From Octopus sinensis (Eukaryota): 64,000 nt of DNA. The stretch is from assembly GCF_006345805.1 (NCBI RefSeq), contig NC_043012.1, positions 6,882,001 through 6,946,000 of the forward strand. Reading direction: 5' to 3'. A program made the translations under genes and the position numbers. The notes beneath the pieces are model-generated. The model worked only from the letters and a program-made list of their open reading frames with translations, did not search any database and was not told the DNA's origin. The first letter of the stretch is position 1. The number at the start of each line of letters is the position of its first letter. Positions 54,620-64,000 of the stretch are shown here, piece after piece.

Positions 54620-55010
54620 AGAAGGCGTAGTGTGAGCGGCATTTCGTTCGTCTTTAAGGTTTTGAGTTCAAATTCCTCCGAGGCCGACTTTTCCTTTCAT
54701 TCTGTTGGGTCAATGAAATAAATACCAGACGAGCAACAAAGGGTAAAAGTAATCGACTAACCTCTTCCCTCAAAATTTCAGGCCTTGTGCATATAGTAGA
54801 AAATATTATTTGATGATATTAAAGCGGAGAGCCAGCAGAATCGTTTAGATGCCGTACAGGATGCTCGGCATCTCTTCCAGCTTCATATTCCGAGCTCAAA
54901 TATCACCGAGGACGACCTTTCTTTTCTCACTTTTGGCTCGATAAAATAAGTACCAGCCAAGCACCCCTCCAGAATCTTCTCACCTTGTACCAAAATTAGA
55001 AACCATTATT
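54620..55010 (+). mobile_element. Two diverged SINE family A copies in tandem
   Basis: B boxes at about 54663 and 54891, each followed by body and tail. Confidence 0.7.
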
Positions 55011-56358
55011 TAAAGCAGTTCCTATCCATTTCTTCGGATGTCTTTTCCCCATAGACTTTCAAGTCATCGAAGTTCTTAGTATTCCCGACTGATTAATTTT
55101 CTATTGTTTGGCTCCTGCACTCGGCGTCTACGATTGAAGTTCTTTCGAAAATTCCAACGTATTTTGGAGATAAATTTTGAATTTGTTTGGACAAACATCG
55201 AATGCAATAAAATTTAATTAAATTTTATAAATAATTATACTATTTAATTTAATTACTATAATTAACAAAACTTAATTAAGATCTTTATAGATTAGACATG
55301 AAAGATTTATCTCCCTTTGTCATTAACTATACTCTGAAAGTGTTGTCACCCGTGAATAAAGGAGATAAAATGATAGAAACACAGAACAAAGTTTGGCGCC
55401 ATCATGTGTGTGTGTGTGCGTACAACACAGATACACGCATGCGCACAAGCATATACATACATTGACTGGAGGATGTGCAAGTGAGCGATGTAGAACGGAA
55501 ATTAGGGGAATCGATTGTGCTCGCCAACTACAATTTCCAGTTTAAACAGTTTTAGATTTGGTCATGTGGTTAAGAATTTCAGTTCGCAACTAGGTGTTTT
55601 CAGGATCGAACCCAGAATGCAAATCGTTGGGTAAAGCGCTTTCTATCGTAGCCTCGTGTCAACCCAAGTTTTGTGAGTGAAACTGACTGAAACTACGAAA
55701 ACGCATCGATGAACTGTTGCTGGATGCCAGCAACGGTTTAATGCCTCCACCTCGCCCTTGGGTGTTCAAAGCAAGGTACTTGTTGTTTGTTAGAAATAGC
55801 CACACCGGGTCTCTATGCAACAGTTTTCTCCCCGCCTCTTTCCTCATTACCTTCGAAGGCCATGTGAAAAAAATCATAAGCGATTCTCTTCCATAAAATA
55901 TAATTTTAAAAATCCTCTTTTTCTGTAACAGAAGTCCAGGAAATAAAGACATCTCACACCAATCAATTCATCGCAGAGCTATAGGACATGGTAACTAAGA
56001 TCCTTATTAATAAATCTATATTTTCGAAATTGAAATATTTCCAAATTATGAGAAAGAAAGAAAAAACAATAAAGAAAAAATTACCTTGTGAGACGGGTCG
56101 AAACATATTGAGGCGTTAGTTAACCGGTAGTCAGCTTATCCAAACGGCCGTCAATGCCCTATAAATGGTACCAAGATCTTTCTACTTCCATTAACAATAA
56201 CAAACACTACCAAAAATTCCATGGAATATTTCTGTGATTTTACTCTGAAGTATAAAGCAGGTAAGAGTTAAACAGATGAGACTCAGATATGTTACCAATG
56301 AGGGCGCTAGTGTAGTAGAGATATGTAGTGTAGTAGCAGACATGATTATCAAAATATG

Positions 56359-56397
<39 letters not shown>

Positions 56398-56399
56398 AC

Positions 56400-56444
<45 letters not shown>

Positions 56445-56891
56445 GTGATTCGCGGAAAATATCCAGAGTATTTCATCTGCATAAACAATGACATGAAGCT
56501 AATGCCACCATTGTTAAAATACCGAGGGTAGGAGCAATTCAATTAATTACTAAAACATGCGATATGAGAAAAAGTTATTAGCTCACTGCTGTCTCTTTAT
56601 ATAGCTAATATGATATTGTCATACATATGCGACAACTCCGTGTTTGTTTCGTACTTATCAGATCTCCTCAGCAAAAATCACGCTTGGTTGCCGTAATACT
56701 GTTTCTAGTTTTTCCCTCACTTTCCACATGTAACCATTATCTTATCTGTCTCTAGTACTCTTTCTGTTTTTCATCACCATTTTTAATTATCTCTCTTCCA
56801 GCACAATAATCACACGAGCACAAATGCACAAGATATATGAAGACCGCAGACATATACATATATAAAGAGACGTATACAAAAGTGTGTGTGA

Positions 56892-56928
<37 letters not shown>

Positions 56929-57012
56929 AATACGCATACGCACACACACACATATATTTACATAGACTTAGAGACACCACATGCACACGAATAAATATGA
57001 TAACTATTATCC

Positions 57013-57055
<43 letters not shown>

Positions 57056-57421
57056 ATATATATATATATACACACACACACATACATAAATATCCATACA
57101 TACTTATGCAGATGCATATACTATACATATGTATAAATATACATACAGACATACATATATATATATATATACATGTGTGTTTATGGATACATATGTACGT
57201 TATGGAAGTGTGTGGGGGTATGTCGGTATATGTGTTATGTGTGTGTGAGAGTTTAAATATATATATGTACACGTACATATACATACATGTACATATGTGT
57301 ATAATCATACAAATGTTCACACACATTCGCACACACACTCATATAAACATACAAGTTCACACACACACTTACATACTTTCATACACTTATACACACACAC
57401 ATACGCACGCGCACACACACA

Positions 57422-57454
<33 letters not shown>

Positions 57455-57909
57455 CACACACACACACACACATAGAGGTTCCTGAAGCAGACGGCGACAA
57501 GAAAACATTGAAAGAACTTGATGAGCGATTGATAAGGTTGTTTGTTAGCAATGAAGACGTCTGAAACGTTATGAAAATCTATTGTGAGTTCAGGGAATTG
57601 CGGATCATAACACAGACGAGATTTAAATAGATAATTCCAGAAAGTAATGGTAATGTCGACAATAAACTTGATCGATCTGAGTGAAGAAAATGAAAGAAGG
57701 AGGTCCATATTAAGCAAACCGAAGAATAACGAATAACAAAGACATGATAGATAATTTTATAGAACAGGCTTCATTTTCAAACAATAATTTTTGACAAGAT
57801 AAACATGGCGATTCTCAAACTAACAGCTTTTGTCTAGGTTAACCGTTTTAGTATTTCTCAGAGTCGCCTTAATTCCTTCACAATATCCTCGTTGTTTGAA
57901 TCTACATTT

Positions 57910-57943
<34 letters not shown>

Positions 57944-58128
57944 ATGTGGGTGTGGATGTATCTATATGTGTATATGTGTGTATATACATGTAAGCATTGT
58001 ATACATTTGTGCGTATGTATACACGTATAGGTGTGTGTATATGTATGCATGTGTGTGCGTTGGTATATCTATTCATTGATATGAATTCATATATATTCAT
58101 ATGTATGGAGTGCGTACATATCTGCCTG

Positions 58129-58175
<47 letters not shown>

Positions 58176-58197
58176 GTCTGATGTCTGTCTATCTGTT

Positions 58198-58351
<154 letters not shown>

Positions 58352-58361
58352 CATATACATA

Positions 58362-59238
58362 CAAGGTCTGATCAATAAGTATCGGAGTTGTTGCCATAGT
58401 AACAAAACTAAAGCGCGCAAAGTAAAGCCGCTTGGCACAGATTGATCTTAACTTCTACTGTGCATATGCAGTAAGTTTTATCGTTGTAGCTCACTCCCGT
58501 TGTTTATAGCAGTGCTTGGAGATCGTCGCATTGACCATAACAGAGAAAGTTGTCATGGCGATACCTGCTTAGAGGCAAATGCAAAGTTGCAGAAAGTGTA
58601 TGGAGAGGAGTGTATGAGCCATGCACATGTGTACAAGGGGTTCAGACGCTTCGAATGATGGCTGAGACATGTCGAAATCGACGAACGTTCTGGGAGACCC
58701 GCAACCGGCAGAACTGGAAAAAAAAAACAGATGTGCATGAAGCTGTGATGGGAAATCGTCGAATCGCCATCCGTGAGTTATCAGAGAATGTACAGATTAG
58801 TTACGGTTCAGTTCAGTCTATCATCATTGAAGATTTGGGTATGAGACGCGTGTCTACCAAGTTTGTGCCCAAACTGTTTTCAGCTGACCAAAACAACACT
58901 CGGATTTCATTGCACAAGATCTCCTTGATTTTGTCGAGATCGAAAGATGAAAAGTTTTTGATAACTTTGCGTAGGCCTCTGAGTAGGTATCGCCAAGGTT
59001 TTTGGCAAAATTTGATGCAGATTCTCTGCTCAATTTTCTCCGTCGTGGTGAATTCGATGATCACACGTTACACACGTTCCTTCCAAGCACTGCCGTGAAC
59101 AGCGGAAGTGAGCTAGAACGTTAACACTTAGTGCGCATACACCGCAGAGTTCAATGTCAATGTGTGCCAAGCGGCTTTAATCTGTGCTTTAGCATCGTTA
59201 TTATGGCAACAGTCCGGATACTTTTTGATCAAACCATA
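58362..59238. mobile_element. Non-autonomous mariner element formed of two inverted 5' ends; TA TSD
   Basis: TA|caaggtctgatcaataagtatc ... gatactttttgatcaaaccata|TA. The + strand reads LQKVYGEECMS..ERSGRP..RRIAIRELSENVQISYGSVQSIIIEDLGMRRVSTKFVPKL (mariner HTH region); the minus strand reads EKIEQRICIKFCQK (mariner N-terminus). Confidence 0.85.
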
Positions 59239-59260
59239 TATATATAAATATATAGATATA

Positions 59261-60647
59261 CTAGCAAATGACCCGTCCTTTGGATGGTGTAATTTATAAT
59301 AATGGTGTACCGCTGTAGACGGTTTAAGCTGAATTAGCCTGCAGTTAGAAGTCGTTTCAAGTTGATAAGGGTAAAACGTAAAATTACCATTTTCGTTATC
59401 AGTTTATGATATGGTATTAAGCAACTTAAGTAATGAGTAAATTTTTTGAACACAAATTTGGCAGTTAGTAATAAATGAAAGTCCATGAAATGGGATCGCA
59501 ATTGCAGTAGGTATTAAGGATCCTATATCTTATCTGAAGCGTTTTGTAGCATGTAGTTATATCTACTCGTAATACCTGACACAACCGCATTGAAGCTTTT
59601 TTTTCAACGAAAGTCATGTATGATAAAGAAAAGCAAACATTTATACTGTACTGTTTGAGTAATGTACTGTCTGAGTTTGTGGATGTTGTAGGGTGTTTCT
59701 CTGAGAATGAGGCGATTGGGACAGGCGCCTTCATTTCTGTTTGGAGTGTTGAGAGAATAAGCGTCCAATCGTTGACCTCCAATTGCCATAACCAAGTTTC
59801 CAAGAGAAACAAAACCCTTTGTTGTAAATAGCAGGGGTAGTGGGAGTGTCAATGCTATCTGTAATTTGGCAAAATGTCATGGCACATTGAGTCTTTGTAT
59901 TTATTTCAAAGTGAATATGCGTCTGTCAGTTTGCAGAAAACCAGATTATTGCAAAATGGTATCGGAGCCTGTGCGGAGAACGACACAGAGAGGCCTCTTC
60001 TAGTGCATTATTATATTGATCACCTATATCCAAAAGTCCCTGTTTGGAGCTGGAATCTTTGAAAATGCCGTCATAATGAACGCTCAGATGAATCATAGAA
60101 GGGTATCGTTCGTGAACTGGAAATCCTACGCTTCTCCATATGGCTTCAATGGTGGATATGTAACGCCCAGTTTCGAAATGAATCATTTCATCATTTGTAA
60201 AATCTGTTGAGCGTGTAGATTTTATTTGAAAAACGGCCGTCTAATCCTTTAGTGATGTACCTGCATATGTAACGTATGGATTTGACAGAATTACAGAATT
60301 CTATGTTGATGTATGCATGAAATGTTTTGCAGAGCATCTTGTTGTGGGGTACGACCCAGCGATTGTCAACCAAAAAAGTGAAGTGGGGAGATACAAATGT
60401 AAGGGAACAATCAATTACTGAATGTTACTTCGTAAAGAGTTACCTCCCTTGTCCACAATAGTCACCGTATATCAGAAATGGAGGTTTTTCTGACCCTTTC
60501 TTTAGAAGCCCCATTACTCAATATTACTCCATAAGTGAGAAATCTAAAGAGTGTAGAACAATTTGTGGAACATAAGGGATGTATTTGCCAAGCGTGAATG
60601 AAATCGAATGAAAAATATTGATTTTACGTGGGATCAGTCTAATGGTC

Positions 60648-60703
<56 letters not shown>

Positions 60704-60725
60704 CTTTCGTCTTATATATCATAGA
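59261..60725 (-). mobile_element. Complete non-autonomous Helitron (1465 bp) with RepHel fragments
   Basis: 5' A|TCTATGATATATAAGACGAAAG(TG)n; 3' hairpin ccatcc-aaa-ggacgg then CTAG|T. Internal VDNRWVVPHN..HAYINIEFCNSVKSIRYICRY, GRYISTIEAIWRSVGFPVHERYP, GLLDIGDQYNNALEEAS and HDFR. Confidence 0.88.
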
Positions 60726-61193
60726 TATCTATTTCTCTGTACATATCGTGCTTACACATTTAATATATAAGCAAACTCAGTGTGAGGGAATTTTCGCTTT
60801 TAATCCAAACAAATATGTTATGCATTATTTCGTGCCCAAAGTGCCACTTGCCCAAAGTGCCACTTGCCTAAAATGCCTCATGTCGAAGATGTCACGCAGT
60901 GGAACTGAACCCGGACAGTTAGGACAGAATTTGGTTAGGACAGAATTTTCTTACCACACAGCCACGCCTGTATATTGATTAATTTCTGTTTGTGTGTGTG
61001 TCTGGGAATGAAAAATGTATGTGTTTATGCGGATATGTCCTTATAAATATATGTTCTGTTATATATTATGCAATGAGAGATATATACGCAATTGCTTTGT
61101 GTGTGTATGTGAGTGTGTGTTTATGTGTGTGAGTGTATAGATACATATATACACACACACATACATACATACATACATACATACATACATACA

Positions 61194-61224
<31 letters not shown>

Positions 61225-63719
61225 GTATGTATGCGTGTGTATGTGTTTGTTTATGCATATTGTTATATGTGTTATGTTGAACGCGTGCTCACTAGACTGT
61301 GTAACGCTGCAAATAGCGAGAACTAGCGGAAATGAGAAAGAGAGAGAGAGAAAGGGAGAGAGAGAAGATCAGAAGTCAAAGAAAAAGAAAGATAAAAGCA
61401 ACTCTATGTGGGGAAGAGTGGGGAGAATCTGACCGATGTTCTGTTGATGTGAACTGAATGACATAAGCGGCACAAACATGGTTGGCTGACTGTCTGTTTG
61501 CGTTGATGGACGGCAGCATAAAGAATGGCTGGAGTGGTCTGGTCAGCGGGTGAGATCGGAACAAGAATGGCATCATAGACTTAGGAAGTAAAATGATGAA
61601 ATCACACGGAGCTAAAGAGAAAAGAAAGAAGAGACAGCGAGAATGTGTGTTTGTGAGTGAAGGGGCAGGAAGGGAGGGAGGGAGGGAGGAGGAAAGGACA
61701 TGTACGTAACGAAGTGAGAGGTGGTCGTACGCTTTCTTTTTATTGTGTCCTCTATAAATTAGTCAGAAAAGAAGGGACAGGACCCATTTCATTTCAGCCA
61801 CCACCCCCACTATCGCATCCTACACTGATGAGATCAGTATGACAGATGCTCACTACTAATATCTGTAAATCGACGTATGCAGGTTAAAAATCCAAAGTAT
61901 GAGAAGGGAAAGAATTGCAGAGTGTTGGAATTTTAGAAGAGGAAAGAGCGATGAAAGAGTTAGTAACGATTTGGTGAATGAAACGCAGTTGGAATTGATA
62001 AGGAGACGAAAGAAGCATTTCGGATAGAACTGGAACCGTTGTAGGTATGCTGCGAGAATACTGAGAGAAAATTGAACCTTTTTAGTAAAGATGGTGCATC
62101 TTTGCGCAGTACTTTTAGTAAATAGGCGTTTGTATGTCAGTTATCTGAATCTATTCTGCAAAGTATCAAAGATAACATGTTATGAAATGTATTAAAGATG
62201 AATCTCCATGAATATATAAGGCAAGAAAGTGTTTTATTAATGCGGAAATGTCATATTATATAAACATGTCTATAGATTTACAAGGTTTCTATTCAACATT
62301 TGGACGTTACGTTTCAGAGGCAGATCTGACGAGCGCAAATTAATACAATAATCTTGAACAGTCTTTGTTTGTTTTACTTGATTACTTTTTATTCCACCTT
62401 AAGTGCCACTAGTTGCTGAATTTCTTTACTTACATATTTATTATTTTCTTTTCTTGTCTATATAGAAATTGGTGATAAATACCATCATTATTTACAAGTT
62501 TCTAGTGGGCAAATAATTGATTTACTGTATCTTCAACAACGAAGATTAAAAAGGGAGTGTCTAGATACAGAACAAATATCCCAAGAAACTGTGTTTGAAG
62601 TGTACCGACCTGATCTGCCAGTTTGTGCGGCGATGTTTACGCAATTAGTCAATTGATTCTATTATAAAAAAAAGTAAATAAATAAAATTTAACTTCTTAA
62701 CCACACAGCGACGATTGCTTGTATCAGAAATACTCTGAAGAACAACAACAGGGGCATCATAGTTTCCATTTCATAACATTTCGAGTAATTATAACCACAC
62801 CCAGGCATTCAATTCGTAATCGGGGTGTATTTTACATTTAACTCCACAGCGTATGTGAAATCAACAACAGCCTAAAAATGGCGGACTTTATGTATTCAGT
62901 GAAATGTTAGAACAGCAATGAAAACGGCTTACGGAATTTGTTAAGGCTATACGGAATGATAAAATTAGACAGTGTTAAAGAACGTAGCTAAAGGCCCTGA
63001 ACCAACAGAGGGTTCCTCACATCAATGTATGCCTTCTATTGTTTAAAAATTTTCTTTGAGAACTTGATTCTTTTGACCAAAATCTGAATACAATGGTAAC
63101 TCTTTTCAAAATATCATTTCCACCTAAATGCCTTAAATCAGTCATTAATTCAACTACAAATACAACTTCTTCTGCCGACGGTTTTATTTGGCATTGTTAC
63201 ATTATTCTATAAGCAACAATGGGTTATTTCTGATAATCTCTAAGCAAATATACGCTGAAATCATACACATAGTACAGTTTAACGGTAAACTTTGCATTTA
63301 TACTCATAAAGATGTATATACCACTGGATATGTCCAAACTTTGTGCACGTTAATTCCTTTATCATCTCACCCATGTTACACATACATACACACACAACAT
63401 GTACATATATACATGCATGTATTCATAATTGACGATGGTTAACAAAGCATGTTTTGAGATTGATGTTTTCTTAAAAGATCTTACTTTAAGCTTGCTCAAA
63501 TATTACTTGGCATAATAAGTATTCGATCTACACATACATGCGTGTGTGTGTGCCTAGCTTACACGCATATTATATGCAGTCACGATTCCCTAACTATTGC
63601 TGCTTCATTATAAACTAATGTCCTTCTATGACCTTTTAGGTATACTATAAGAAGTTGAAGTCAATGATGAATATTAACTATTTAAACCATAAGTCAGAAG
63701 GTATATTATATTCAATTAT

Positions 63720-64000
63720 TCTTTTCTACTCTAGGTACAAGGCTCGAAATTTTGGGGGAGGGGGCGAGTCGATTAGATCGACCCCAGTACACAATTTATA
63801 GCACTTAATTTATCGACCGCGAAAGGATGAAAGGCAAAGTTGATCTCGGCGGAATTTGAACTCAGAATGTAGCGGCAGATGAAATACCTATTTCTTTACT
63901 ACCCACAAGGGGCTAAACACTGAGAGGACAAACAAGGACAGACAAACGGATTAAGTCGATTATATCGATCCCAGTAACTGGTACTTATTTAATCGACCCC
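63720..64000 (-). mobile_element. SINE family A dimer (tailA-junction-body-tailB), runs off the window end
   Basis: Junction gaaatacctatttctttact at about 63881-63900. Confidence 0.88.

Noticed and set aside
56083-56113. ccttgtgagacgggtcgaaacatattgagg as a hammerhead
   Set aside because: Core has two mismatches, the helix II loop is only 2 nt, and helix III does not pair.

Overview
Repeat-saturated animal genomic DNA, probably from an Octopus species (inferred from the SINE families and the extreme microsatellite load). I found no host gene exon I can support, so the window reads as intergenic or deep intronic. Nearly all supplied ORFs are microsatellite artefacts. Main contents: (1) a near full-length CR1-group LINE (about 26.06-29.99 kb). 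Its repaired ORF1 starts with a Myb/SANT (trihelix-like) domain and has a CCCH finger; its ORF2 (APE + RT) is broken only by slippage-type indels; a 17-unit AT-rich tandem array lies directly upstream. (2) 3' remnants of RLE-type LINEs (two R4/Dong-like, one HERO-like). (3) Three abundant tRNA-derived SINE families, one of which repeatedly forms multimers with the same junction. (4) A mariner derivative made of two inverted 5' ends, next to an end-to-end non-autonomous Helitron. (5) A 3.1-kb CAT/CAC array with 234-bp higher-order periodicity. (6) Most interesting, several minimal type I hammerhead ribozyme motifs of the Penelope type. One lies inside a TSD-flanked, tRNA-headed short element (49568-49903), and two copies of a second family share a non-canonical CUGUNGA core. 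A 100-N gap is at 50576-50675. All assignments were made by eye, without database searches, and repeat boundaries are approximate unless stated.
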